This document shows positions 1 through 15,369 of a DNA stretch of 64,000 nucleotides, piece by piece (the first letter of the stretch is position 1; every line of letters starts with the position of its first letter). Both the position numbers and the translations under genes were made by a program. Origin of the DNA: Eledone cirrhosa (taxonomy: Eukaryota); assembly GCA_964016885.1 (NCBI GenBank), contig OZ024752.1:47802001-47866000 (forward strand). Direction: 5' to 3'. The notes under the pieces are model-generated. The model saw nothing but the letters and a program-made list of their open reading frames with translations, searched no databases and was not told the origin of the DNA.

Positions 1-180
1 GTCCACTTTTTCCCTGCTTGCAAGGGTGGGACGGGAACTGATTCTGGCTTGATTTCTACAGCTGGATGCCCTTCCTAACACCAACCTCATTTACAGTGAG
101 TGCTGGGTGCTTTTTACCATGATGCCTACACAACCACTTTACAATATGGATTGCGTGTTTTTTGCCGTGTCACCTACACA
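1..180 (-). mobile_element. 3' part of SINE family A/C (RTE-type tail)
   Basis: Reverse complement of the tail cccgtcccacccttgcaagcaggg...ggac and of the ggaagggcatccagctgtagaaa body seen in full copies. Confidence 0.8.
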
Positions 181-324
181 GTTGCTCATACTAGTTTCAT
201 ATCTCCATGCCACCTATGTTGTCCCCCCCCCCCAAAAAAAAGAAAATAGACAATGGCTGATATAACTTGGCACCAGAGATATCACAATTTGTTTCTTTGG
301 CTGAGTAAATTGGAGCAATGGGAA

Positions 325-512
325 ATAATTGTTTCTACTTTTGGCACAAGGCCAGCAATTATGCCAGTGCATTACTGGTACTTTATTTTATCGACCCCGT
401 AAGGATGAAAGGCAAAGTTAACCTCGGCGGGATTTGAACTCAGAATAGCAAGGGCCGTAACTCTATGCTGGGAAGCATGGCGTCCGACCCTCTACCGATA
501 CTGCCAATCCAC
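325..512 (-). mobile_element. tRNA-derived SINE family B (Deu/Nin-domain-like), nested in an older tRNA-head SINE (~295-612)
   Basis: A-box-like TGGCAGTATCGG, B-box GAGTTCAAATCC, GCCTTTCATCCTT..GGGGTCGATAAAATAAAGTACCAG domain; gggaaataat repeated at 320-329 and 513-522. Confidence 0.85.
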
Positions 513-701
513 GGGAAATAATGTGCCTTGCTCAAGGACACAATACACAGTCCAATCAAGGAATCAAACCCACAAACTTGTGATTGTGAATTCAACACTC
601 TAGCTACTAAATCAAGTACCTTCAGACACACATATCATCATCATCACCATCATTATCATCATCTTTGTTTAACATCCATATTCCACGCTAGCATGGGTTA
701 G

Positions 702-767
<66 letters not shown>

Positions 768-1016
768 ATACTTACATAAGCCTACCACCAACATAAAAAT
801 AGATGAATTAAAAACAAACCTAAAGTACACATTAACATATATATATATTTATGTGTATATATATATATACACATATATACACGGATCAAAGTAAATGAGG
901 CATCCTTTTACATATATATATATATATGTACACATACACACTCACACACATAAATATATATATTTATATATATTTATATACTTACATTTATATATATATA
1001 TATATATATATATGTA

Positions 1017-1077
1017 TTTTATTCCTTACATTCCTTTGTTTTATTGTTTCCAATATTTATGTCTATATATATGTATT

Positions 1078-1109
<32 letters not shown>

Positions 1110-1170
1110 AAAACACATATATAGACATAAATATTGGAAACAATAAAACAAAGGAATGTAAGGAATAAAA
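1017..1170. repeat. Perfect 54-bp inverted repeat with a TA-rich spacer
   Basis: 1017-1070 is the exact reverse complement of 1117-1170. Confidence 0.9.
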
Positions 1171-1501
1171 TAAAAGAGTACAAATATAAAAAGTAAATTA
1201 AAAGGAAACAGTTTTGTACAGACATTTTTTTTTACAAAAATGTATTACAATCAGAAGGTTTAACACCATATCAACAAGAGATAAAATATCATGATATGAT
1301 TTCAGGGACTTCCTTCTGAGTTTTTTTTTATGTGTGTGTGGCGGTGGTGGTCGTGTGGGTGGTGGTGGTCATGTGGGTGGTGGTGGTGGTCGTGTTGGTG
1401 GTGGGTAGGCAACCTTCTTTTATATATTTTTTAATATACTCACTACAACCTTTAGGATATTATCATCAGATGTTTTGCATTTTTTAAAAAATGCTTTTCT
1501 C

Positions 1502-4327
<2,826 letters not shown>

Positions 4328-4491
4328 GGTGGCTGCCAACTCGTTTTCGAGTACGGCCACTACTTTATATCCATGTAGGAGAACCCCCACCGATGCGCTG
4401 AACGAGTGTGACTTTTTAGTCCAGCCAGCGACTTGAAAACTCTGGTACAAACACTACACTTGTGACAATTATTGACACATAGTGCTGGGCC
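4328..4491 (-). mobile_element. 5'-truncated 3' end of a LINE (probably RTE clade) encoding a terminal C2H2 zinc finger plus a short 3' UTR
   Basis: Minus frame 4491-4360 reads GPALCVNNCHKCSVCTRVFKSLAGLKSHTRSAHRWGFSYMDIK*; followed by the hairpin ACTCG-AAAA-CGAGT and then (AT)n. Confidence 0.65.
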
Positions 4492-4960
4492 CATATACAT
4501 ACATACATTCATACATACACAGACAGACACACACATATATATATATATATATATAGATGTGTGTGTGTGTTCATTTTTGTGTGTTTGTGCGTGGCGTTAT
4601 ATTGCAGTATAATCTTTTATTTTTATTATCGTCGCCTTCAACCACTTTATGTGTATTGAGGTAAGAAGGTTGCAATAAAGCCGCAAATCTCTTAACTGTG
4701 ACTTTCCAGTGACACCACCTGGCCAGCTAATTGTATTTGTTTATGTCCTGCATAAACACTGTGTTCTGTAACTCAGCAGTTCAAAGAGGGAAAATTGGTG
4801 GAATACCATACTTGTAAATAACATGGAAAAGCATGATGATGATAAACTTCGAAGTCACTGTCACCTTTTTCTTTTGAAAATAAAACTTATAATCTGCTCA
4901 GATGTATTGAGTTCTCAACAGTTAATGTTTGACCATTCTATGTACACATGTGCATAAAAA

Positions 4961-4991
<31 letters not shown>

Positions 4992-5336
4992 CCCTTGCAA
5001 GCAGGGAAAAGTGGACGTAAAATGAAATGAAAATGAAATGTAGGTGTCACGACAAAAAGCACTGAGTACTCACTATAAAGTGGTTGTGTAGGTTTCATGA
5101 CAAAAAGCATCCAGTTCACACTGTGAATGAGGTTGGGGTTAGGAAGGGTTAGGGTTAGGGTTAACATGCCCTTCATTAATGTGTTAGGAAGGGCATCCAT
5201 CTGTAGAAATCAAGCTAAAATCAGGTCTGTATGAGCATAACATGGTCACCTGACCTGGCATTGCCCACAACAGGATAACTCGTCTAACCCATGCTAACAT
5301 GGAAAAACGGACGTGTGATGATGATGATGATGATGA
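4992..5336 (+). mobile_element. Isolated RTE-type tail followed by a SINE family C fragment
   Basis: cccttgcaagcagggaaaagtggacgtaaaatga; ggtgtcacgacaaaaagcac; ggaagggcatcca; cccatgctaacatggaaaaacggacgt-(gat)n. Confidence 0.7.
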
Positions 5337-5653
5337 TATACTATATATATATATATATATATATATAATAGCACCACTGACGATGTTGCAGATGTGCAAC
5401 AAAAGAAATTTGATAGCCTATATATATATATATATTTATATCTGTATTTTTAACCATTGGTCAATCAATGATAAACATTGATTGCTAAATAAATTAACTA
5501 TGGAGATATAAAAGATACAGAAGTGAAAACCAACCAAACACTGAGTGTGTTCTGTTATTATTTTTGGCAATATTATTACAACAATATGACCCTCCTCAAG
5601 TATAACAATACATATACACACACATATATATATATATATACATATATATATAT

Positions 5654-5996
5654 CTCAGTTGGATGTGCAATGTCAATGTACGTGAACAACCAAGCATGGA
5701 CGAGTTGAGAGAGAAACTGTGTTTAAGAGGGATAAGTTGTAGTGTGCAGGAGAGAAGACTGCGATGGTATGGACATGTGATGCACATGGAGGATGACTGC
5801 TGGGTAAAGAAGTGCCAAGAAATCCCAGTAGAAGAAAAACGCAGTAGAAGAAGACCACAAAAATCATGGGCTCAGATCGCTGAAGGTCACGGAGGAGATG
5901 ACAAAGGACCGTGGCAAGTGGAGAGATGCTGTGGTGAATGGTGAATAGAACCCGTCCCACCCTTGCAAGCAGGGAAAAGTGGACGTAAAATGATGA

Positions 5997-6000
<4 letters not shown>
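5654..6000 (+). mobile_element. RTE-clade LINE 3' fragment (ORF C-terminus plus 3' UTR and tail)
   Basis: ELREKL..VQERRLRWYGHVMHM...RRRPQKSW resembles the RTE C-terminal RRLRWxGHVxRM...RGRP motif; ends in a (tga)n tail. Confidence 0.85.
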
Positions 6001-6044
<44 letters not shown>

Positions 6045-6082
6045 AGGAGGTTATAGTTCACTTGAAGCATTGTGTAATGAGG

Positions 6083-6434
6083 TATAAACGTTTGAATATG
6101 TGTAATAAAGCCAAAACAATGCAGGTATGGACATTGAAAAAAGAATGCAATTGTAAAAGATATTGTTGACAATTCGTCCTTTACCTTAGATTTATTCAAA
6201 TGTCCTTAATTTTCGAGATAATATCTCTTCTTCAGAGGGAAATAAAGGTCTCAAACCAGCGTTCTAAATATCTTGCCAAGCCAAGAAGAAGAGATATTAT
6301 CTCAAAAATTAAGGACATTTAAATAAATCTAAGGTAAAGGACGAATTGTCAACAATATCTTTTACAATTGCATTCTTTTTTCTATGTCCATACCTGCATT
6401 GTTTTGGCTTTATTATACATATACAAACGTTTAT

Positions 6435-6435
<1 letters not shown>
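6083..6435. repeat. Long inverted repeat (~150-bp arms, ~50-bp spacer) containing a minimal hammerhead-like motif; Penelope-like fold-back
   Basis: 6083-6233 versus 6285-6435 are nearly perfect reverse complements; minus strand reads CCU CUGAAGA A GAGAU auu AUCUC GAAA AUUA AGG at 6238-6204. Confidence 0.8.
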
Positions 6436-6473
<38 letters not shown>

Positions 6474-6749
6474 AACATATTCCACCTGGTTGTGGTGAGG
6501 CTGATAACATTGCTAGAACTTAATGTGTCCTTGGAAAGATGGTTGCAGTGAGATTAGGAGGTGTGACCAATAGTTTTGGTAGTGTAGTAACCTAACCCTA
6601 CCATGCTAGTTCATACATCGACCCCCCCCCCCCCACCGATCAATCGAGCCTCTGAAACGATCGTAAAACAATGAACTAATTAACTACCTCCCTCTGACTT
6701 CTGTCTTGTTTCCATTGTTCTATACACAAACATAAATATATATATATAT

Positions 6750-7402
6750 ATGCAAGTATTCATATATATATATGCTAGTATTCATATATATATATACAAG
6801 TATTCATATATATATACAAGTATTCATATATATATACAAGTATTCATATATATAAACAAGTATTCATATATATATACAAGTATTCATATATATATACAAG
6901 TATTCATATATATATACAAGTATTCATATATATATACAAGTATTCATATATATATACAAGTATTCATATATATATACAAGTATTCATATATATATACAAA
7001 TATTCATATATATATACAAGTATTCATATATATATACAAGTATTCATATATATAAACAGGTATTCATATATATATATATATATATATATGCTAGTATTCA
7101 TATATATATATACAAGTATTCATATATATGCTAGTATTCTTATATCTATATATATACAAGTATTCATATATATATATATATATACAAGTATTCATATATA
7201 TATATATATATACAAGTATTCATATATATATATATATATACAAGTATTCATATATATATATATATATACAAGTGTTCATATATATATACAAGTATTCATA
7301 TATATATATATATACAAGTATTCATATATATATATATATACAAGTATTCATATATATATATATAAACCCATGCAAGCGTGGAAGATGGACGTTAAACGAT
7401 GA

Positions 7403-7439
<37 letters not shown>

Positions 7440-7569
7440 AGTATTCATATATATATACAAGTATTCATATATATATACAAGTATTCATATATATATACAA
7501 GTATTCATATATATATACAAGTATTCATATATATATATATATACAAGTATTCATATATATAAACAAGTA

Positions 7570-7603
<34 letters not shown>

Positions 7604-7612
7604 AGTATTCCT
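6750..7612. repeat. Minisatellite of ~20-bp units: caagtattca + (ta)n
   Basis: Directly visible tandem units with variable TA length. Confidence 0.9.
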
Positions 7613-8065
7613 ATATATATATATATGCAAGAATTCATCTAACATGCCCTTCAATAATGTAGAAATATATATAACTGTTACATGAGTCATTCTTCAAAAC
7701 TAAAAGATTAATCCCAATTCTTTAACCCCGATTATAATACAACACGATACTTGTATAAAACTGATGTTTTTACTAAAAAACACGAAGAGAAAAAATAAAA
7801 CTCCAACAAGTATTAGGGAAAAAAATTACTATGGTATTAATTTTTCACAATATGTAAATGTTTTGGTGAACTAATATATTGTACTCTTACAAACACATCA
7901 TTAACCTTACAGTCCACTCTCTCCCATGGATATTAGACATACACAGTTTATATATAAAGGTTTCCGTGTGTATGTGTTTATATTATATATTGTATACAGT
8001 TTGATAAATTTTGCTTATAAATATATACTAGTTAATTATGCATACACACATGTGTACATAGATAT

Positions 8066-8167
<102 letters not shown>

Positions 8168-8170
8168 GAA

Positions 8171-8213
<43 letters not shown>

Positions 8214-8327
8214 ACATATATATATATATATATATATGTATACATATATATATATACATATATATATGTATACATATATATGTATACATATATATATATA
8301 TATGTATATTTATATATATGTATGTAT

Positions 8328-8368
<41 letters not shown>

Positions 8369-8689
8369 TGTGTTTCTGTATGCATATCATATCCAGTTTG
8401 ATGAATTTTGTTTACAAATATATATTAGTTAATTATGCACACACACATATATATATACATATATATATATATATACATATGCACACACACATGCACACAC
8501 ATATATACATACATATATGCCTGTGTGTGTTTATAAAGAAAAAAAGGGGGCAGATAGATAGAAGTAGGTTAATTATGTGCTTAAAAATAAATATTTCAAA
8601 TGAAATTGGGAGATACATTTAAGACATATTATTAAAACCTTTAATAAGCCATTCCAGCAAAAACTAGAGTGAAACATGTGTCTGCATAT

Positions 8690-9400
8690 GAGTAAGTATG
8701 GATGTATGTGTGTATATGTATATATATGTGTGTGTGTATATATGTGTGTATATAAGTATATATATGAGTATGTGTATGTGTATATATGTGTGTATATATT
8801 TGTGTCTATATATGAGTAAATATTTGTGTACATGTGTATACATGTGTGTATATATTTATGTCTATATGAGTAAATATTTGTGTGTATGTGTATATATATT
8901 TATGTTTATATATGAGTAAATATGTGTGTATGTGTATATATGTGTGTATATATTTATGTCTATATATGAGTAAATATTTGTGTGTATGTGTATATATAAT
9001 TATGCCTATATATGAGTAAGCATTTGTGGGTATGTGTATATATGTGTGTATATTTATGTCTATATATGAGTAAATATTTGTGTGTATGTGTATATATGTT
9101 TGTATATATTTATTGCTACATATGAGTAAGCATTTGTGTGTACGTGTATATATTTGTGTATATATTTATGTAAAGCCATTCATTCCAGCAAGAACGAGAG
9201 TAATATATGTCTATATATGAGTAAGCATTAGTGTGTATGTATATACATGTGTTTATATATTGATGTCTATATATGAGTAAGTATTTGTGTGTATGTGTAC
9301 ATATGTGTTTATATATTTATGTCTATATATGAGTAAGTATTTGTGTGTATGTGTACATATGTGTTTATATATTTATGTCTATATATGCTTGTATATATAA
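8690..9400. repeat. Degenerate minisatellite, ~55-60-bp unit (atatgagtaa...gtgtgtatgtgtata...ttatgtct)
   Basis: Recurrent atatgagtaa motif at regular spacing. Confidence 0.8.
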
Positions 9401-9747
9401 GTGTATGTATATATGTATATATGTAGTGCAGAAAGATTTGTAGGGGTATAGATCATAAAATTATATAGTCTATGATTAAACTGAACTTTTTACATTATGA
9501 TATAATGTAAAAAACCGACAAAGGACTTGTAAGTTGTCTATCTAGATTGATGCTCCATTGGTCAACTATAGCAATAGATCAACTGAAAGGAATTATAATA
9601 TCGAAGTTCTAGTAGAAGTATTAAATTATTTTAAATATTTATTAAAATGTAAGCAAAGAAGAAGAGATGAAAACCATTATCTTTAGAAGATATAATACAT
9701 TTTGTCTGAATAGCAGAGATGTGAAATCACCAGTATCAAACACACAA

Positions 9748-10450
9748 ATCCCGCAGAGGTTAACTTTGCCTTTCATCCTTACGGGGTCAATAAAATAAAG
9801 TACCAGTAATGTACTGGGATAATTGCTGGCCTTGTGCCAAACGTAGAAACAATTATTATTTTGGCAGTATCGGTAGAAGGTCGGGCGCCATACTTTGCAG
9901 CATAGAGTTACGGTCCTTTATGGTCTGAGTTCAAATCCCGCCAAGTTTAACTTTGCCTTTCATCCTTACGGAGTCGATAAAATAAAGTACCAGTAATGTA
10001 CTGGGATAATTGCTGGCCTTGTGCCAAACGTAGAAACAATTATTATTTTGGCAGTATCGGTAGAAGGTCGGGCGCCATACTTTGCAGCATAGAGTTACGG
10101 CCCTTTATGGTCTGAGTTCAAATCCCGCCAAGTTTAACTTTGCCTTTCATCCTTACGGAGTCGATAAAATAAAGTACCAGTAATGTACTGGGATAATTGC
10201 TGGCCTTGTGCCAAACATAGAAACAATTATTATACACACATAGGGCAGTGGATTGGCAGAATTGGTAGAGCATCGGACAATATGCTTAGCGGCAGAGAGT
10301 TACGTTCTAAGTTCAAATCCTGCCGAGCTTAACTTTGCCTTTCATTGTTACCGGGTTGATAAAATAAAGTACCAGTAATGCACTGGGGTAGATTTAATCG
10401 ATTTTTCCCAAACATTTTTGGCCTTGTGCCTAAATCAGATACCATTATTG
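9748..10450 (+). mobile_element. Tandemly duplicated SINE family B copies plus an older variant
   Basis: Near-identical ~187-bp units ending agaaacaattattat. Confidence 0.85.
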
Positions 10451-10814
10451 TACACACTTCAGTAACTGCTTTTACTGACAAACTAAACTTAGTGAGGGAC
10501 TGGACACTTGGAGAAAAGATGAACATGGCCAAACATTTCTAAGGGACACTGAAATGCAATGGTCAATACAACTTGGCACCACTGATTCCATTGCAACTCA
10601 TTTCTACAGCTGAGTAAACAGGAGCAATATAAAGTATAGTGTCTTGCCCAAGGGCACAATGTACCACCTAAGCCATGCAGCTCTATGGCTAGGTAAGCCC
10701 TCATTTTAGTCATTAGTTACTAGAAATGTCTAGTTCTTTTGTATATAGCAGAATAAGATAAAGTAACATGCCTAGGTACTAATAATTGAATCATAACATC
10801 TTGTAATGATTTCA

Positions 10815-11158
10815 TCATCATTCATCATCATTTCATTTTACGTCCGCTTTTCCCTGCTTGCAAGGGTGGGACGGGAACTGATTCTGGCTTGATTTCTACA
10901 GCTGGATGCCCTTCCTAACACCAACCTCATTTACAGTGAGTGCTGGGTGCTTTCTTTTGCCGTGGTACCTCCACGTCCACTTTGCAGTGGAATGATAGGG
11001 AACCCAGTCCCTATCATCTCATTTCTACAGCTGAGTAAACTGGAGCAATGTGAAATAAGGTGTCTTGCTCAAGGAAACAACACATCACCCGGTTTGAGAA
11101 TTGAACTCACAACCTTTCGATTGCAAGGCCAATGCTCTAACCACTAAGCCATGTGCCT
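10815..11158 (-). mobile_element. Full-length SINE family A (tRNA head, CORE/Meta-like middle, RTE tail)
   Basis: Minus strand: ggcacatggcttagtggttagagc (A box), gagttcaattc (B box), ccttgagcaagacac, tail ending (tga)n. Confidence 0.9.
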
Positions 11159-11406
11159 GATTTAGTAGAAAATATTTAAAAATGGGTTGTTAATTCAAAT
11201 GTTTATAATATATTTATTATTGGGCAGCTGGATTATTGAGAAAATTTGTAGTTTTAGAGAAAAGACTTTATATTTTAGTTGGGGATCCAGCCGTATCAGT
11301 TGGAGATGGTTGCTTCTGACAGGAGCTGCTGGAACTGAGAGTTTGAGGACCCAGCACCTATGGCCCTCTCAAGAATAAGAAGGTGAAAAAGAAGAAGATG
11401 AGGTAA

Positions 11407-11578
11407 TATAATTGTTTCTACTTTTGGCACAAGGCCAGCAATTATCCCAGTGTATTACTGGTACTTTATTTTATCGACCCCCGTAAGGATGAAAGGCAAA
11501 GCTAACCTCGGCGGGATTTGAACTCAGATCATAGAGGGCTGTAACTCTTTGCTACAAAGCATGGTGTCCGACCCTCTG
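11407..11578 (-). mobile_element. SINE family B
   Basis: Same domain sequence as 325-512. Confidence 0.85.
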
Positions 11579-12790
11579 GTTTCATGAGGTATAGAATGTT
11601 AAGAATTAATTCAAAAATATCCCAGAATTTCGAGGAGTTTAGTAATATGGCTGTCAGTCTCATTATTAAACTTACAAATTACTTAACAAATGTTCTCACA
11701 TAAAATTATGAATGAAGGTTTTTAAGATAAATATAAATACATTAAAACAGTTTTGTATCGTAGAACAAGGGGAAGTTTCAGGAAGTTTGGTATCAAACAA
11801 AATAGTTAACAAATTTTAGTCCTCTATCAAATTTGTGAACAACAGCTCAATTTACAGTCTCACTCATCTTGCTGTTTATACCTAATTTTTTTTTTTTAAT
11901 ATTCCTTTCTCTGACTGTGTCTCTCTATTATTGAAATTGTCACAAAAATCCATTACATTTTTTAAATGAGAACAAAAACAGAAAATGAGATTGGGAAATA
12001 CAAAAAAAAAAAAATGAAGAATATTATAAAAAAAGACCTAAAAATAAAATGTCCCACAAGATCTGTAAAGAGAAAAAAACCAAAGAGAAGTTATTTTCCT
12101 TTGATCACTGACAACTAACGAAAGATACAGTACCAATAGAAGAATTTAGTCAAAACCAGCAATTCAATCAAATTTTGAAATCTCTGATGAAGAGACCCTG
12201 ACATTATATCCACTCTAAGACCACCACCCAGAACAAAATAAATATAAAAATAAAATAAAATAAAATAAAATAAAATGAAATAATAATTTAAAAAAAAAGC
12301 CCTTAATTTGATTACAGAACTCAGCAGATTAATTATGCTGAATAGAAGAATTTTAAGGGGACAGGGAACTAATAGAGGAAGAGAGCAACAGAAAGGTCAT
12401 GGAAAAAAAAATAATAAGGGTTAGTGATAGAGGGATAATGAGAAATAAAGAGATTGAAATACAGGTGTACTTCAGGATATTATAACATCAAAACTTTGTC
12501 TCTTCTTAGATTTCTATTGGGTTTTTCTAAAACAATTTTTGACCCCCACCCATCCAATCACGTTGAGAGATTTCTGGGGGAAAAAAAAATAATAGCACCA
12601 ACACCAACAACAATTGACAAATCCCCCCCCCCCACCATTTTTTTTTTCAGCCATACAAAAATCCTCCACTGAAGTAGAGTCCTATCCATCTGTCTCTCTT
12701 TCATATCTCGTTTATTTCTCTCTCTCTCTTTCTCATTTACTAATCTATCTATCTATCTTCCTCTCTCCCTCTCTCTATCTCTCTATCTAT

Positions 12791-12966
12791 GCTCCTGAAG
12801 TTGAGGGTTGTTCTATCGACGGGGTATTAAACAACCCATTTGTGGCGCCTCCTCCCTATTGGGGATTTCGATTGTTATAATTGTTTGTTTCAATATTTTT
12901 ACACGACTGTATGTAAAATCCCCGCAATGTGTCTTTGTATTGTCCCCTTGTGGCAAATAAAGAAAT
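12791..12966 (+). mobile_element. LINE 3' UTR fragment inserted in a (ctat)n/(ct)n tract
   Basis: cctccctattgg ... ccccttgtggcAAATAAAgaaat shared with 16602-16882. Confidence 0.6.
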
Positions 12967-13617
12967 ATATCTATCTAGCTGTCTATCTTCCTCTAGAAAG
13001 GTATCTATCTATCTTCCTCTCTATCTATAGTTACCTTAACTCACCTTGCTAATCTCCTGTGCTTTGCCCCTAATTCAAAACAGTTACATTTTTTCCCCCC
13101 AATCAAGAGTAGGGAGCAGAACACAGATCTTTTAGGGGTCCCCCGAGACTTGTGTGTGAAATCAATACTGTTTGTGTTCAATTTAAATATCTGAAAGTTA
13201 ATATTTAGGTCAGGGGAGAGGAATTCCAGAGGGAGAGAGTTTGAGAGAGAAGAATTGGGAAACAAGATGGTTTCTGCAACACCCCCCCCCCCCCCTCCCT
13301 CAGCACTTTCTACTTCATCACAGTTTAATTGTCTGCATGTGTAAGAAACATTGAATATATGCATGTTGTGTATGTGCATAAGTCTGTGAGTGTTGGCATG
13401 TGTGGGTGTGGGATTATGTGTGTGTATGCATGTGAGTAGGTCAGTATATGTGCGTGAGTGTGTGATGTTTGTGTGTGTGTGCGTGCGTGCGTGTGTGATG
13501 TTTATGAGTGAGTATATGAAACTTTCTCTCTTACTAATCGTACCAATCCATCACCCATTAAATAACAACAACAACAACAACAACAACAACAATAATGATA
13601 ATGTTAATAATGATGTG

Positions 13618-13790
13618 TTTTATTGACCACAAGGGTACAATATAAGGACTAAAAAAAAATGAAGTTTGGGAAGGTGTCAACCTTGAGGAAAGGGAGGGGC
13701 AGTAAGCAAAGAGTACCACAAAATTGGATTTAGTCATGTCAGTCTTTAGGTAGAACATTTCAATTATTTCAATAATTTTCAATAATACCA
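13618..13790 (-). mobile_element. LINE 3' UTR fragment (same class as 12791 and 16602)
   Basis: Minus strand ends tattgtacccttgtggtcAATAAA next to a (tta/ttg)n tract. Confidence 0.55.
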
Positions 13791-14188
13791 CAACAGCACA
13801 ATACAATAGATAAATAATTGTCTCTACTTTTGGCATAAGGCCAGCAATTAACCTCAGTGTATTACTGGTACTTTATTTTATTGACCCCGTAAGGATGACA
13901 GGCAAAGGTAACTTCGGTGGGATTTGAACTTAAAGTAAAGACACTGTTTTAGACACATTTTCACACACTCACATACACACACATATGCACATAATCATGT
14001 ACATGCACTTAAATGCACATAGACATCCATATGCACACATAAAAATTTCACCCAAATACATATAGAAGCATTCATACAGATTTATATACACACATGCTTA
14101 TGCATGCACTCACATATATACATCTACACATATACATATGTTTGCACTTACATGCACATAAACACATATGTCCACATATACAAACTCC

Positions 14189-14219
<31 letters not shown>

Positions 14220-14221
<2 letters not shown>

Positions 14222-14558
14222 CATCATCATTTCATTTTACGTCCACTTTTCCCTGCTTGCAAGGGTGGGACGGGAACTGATTCTGGCTTGATTTCTACAG
14301 CTGGATGCCCTTCCTAACACCAACCTCATTTTCAGTGAGTGCTGGGTGCTTTTTTGACATGGCACCTCCACGACCACTTTGCAGTGGAATGATAGGGACC
14401 CCAGTCCCTATCATCTCATTTCTACAGCTGAGTAAACTGGAGCAATGTGAAATAAAGTGTCTTGCTCAAGGAAACAACACATCACCCGGTCTGAGGATTG
14501 AACTCACAACCTTTCGATTGCAAGGCCAATGCTCTAACCACTAAGTCATGTGCCTCCA
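14220..14558 (-). mobile_element. Full-length SINE family A
   Basis: Highly similar to 10815-11158; flanked by (TA)n. Confidence 0.9.
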
Positions 14559-14725
14559 CATATATATATATATAATAATAAGGGTTGACGGACCCAGCAT
14601 ATTTATCAATGCCAGTACCGGTTGTATCTCAGCACACTCAATAGGCAATGTAGGATACATTACCAGAGTATACACATAGTTATTTGCCTCAACACAACAC
14701 ACGTAAAACGGGTGCCTATAAGGTT

Positions 14726-14835
14726 CCCGGACTCGAGTTTCTGCCGCACTAATGCAGCAGTAAGGTGCACTGCACCATCTGTCTGCATATATTATGCAAC
14801 AAGGCACAATCGGCTTATGCGGCTTCATCAGCGGG
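14726..14835 (-). ncRNA. Type I hammerhead-ribozyme-like motif with an extended stem II
   Basis: CCCG CUGAUGA A GCCGCA...UGCGGC A GAAAC UCGA GUC CGGG. Confidence 0.7.
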
Positions 14836-15089
14836 TATCGCCTAATCAATAACCAATCGATCGACAGAATCCAAATATATATATATATATATATAAAATA
14901 AAATAAAATAAAATAAATAAGTCAAATGTTTAAAATTTAGCTTCAGGCAGTCTGAATTAGTATGGTATAGACAAGTACATATGTTGTTGAGGTGTATAAC
15001 TTTGTCAATACTCTGATATGCCCAGTTCCTGGTTGGGTTGTTATTTCACTGAGGAACTGGAATCATATATATATATAAAATCTCTATAT

Positions 15090-15369
15090 ATGTTGGTACC
15101 ACAACATCCAGCCCGAAACAAACGAGGTCATGTAGGTGTCACGACAAAAAAAACACACAGTCCACACTGTAATGTGGCCGTGTAGGTAACACGGTAAAAC
15201 CTCCCAGTTCCACACTGTAAATGTGGTTGGTGTTAGGAAGGGCATCCAGCTGTAGAAAACCCACCAGACAGTCCTATGCGAGCAAGACAACCGCTCTTGC
15301 CTCAAGTGGGAAAACTCCCGTCCAAACCCATGCAAGCGTGGAAGATGGACGTTAAACGATGATGATGAT
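15090..15369 (+). mobile_element. SINE family C (RTE-type tail variant)
   Basis: ggtgtcacgacaaaaa...ggaagggcatccagctgtagaaaacc...cccatgcaagcgtggaagatggacgttaaac(gat)n. Confidence 0.8.

Noticed and set aside
5135-5163. Telomere-like TTAGGG units
   Set aside because: Only two to three units inside a SINE fragment; explicable by slippage
12183-12205. CTGATGA motif (also at ~48344 and ~52270; CTGAAGA on the minus strand at ~29080)
   Set aside because: No properly placed GAAA, cleavage triplet or stem I, so not called as hammerheads
14305-14544. Recurrent MPFLTPTSF...[11 protein letters not shown] (also at 10947, 15864, 26155, 47685)
   Set aside because: Antisense frame of SINE family A, not a gene family
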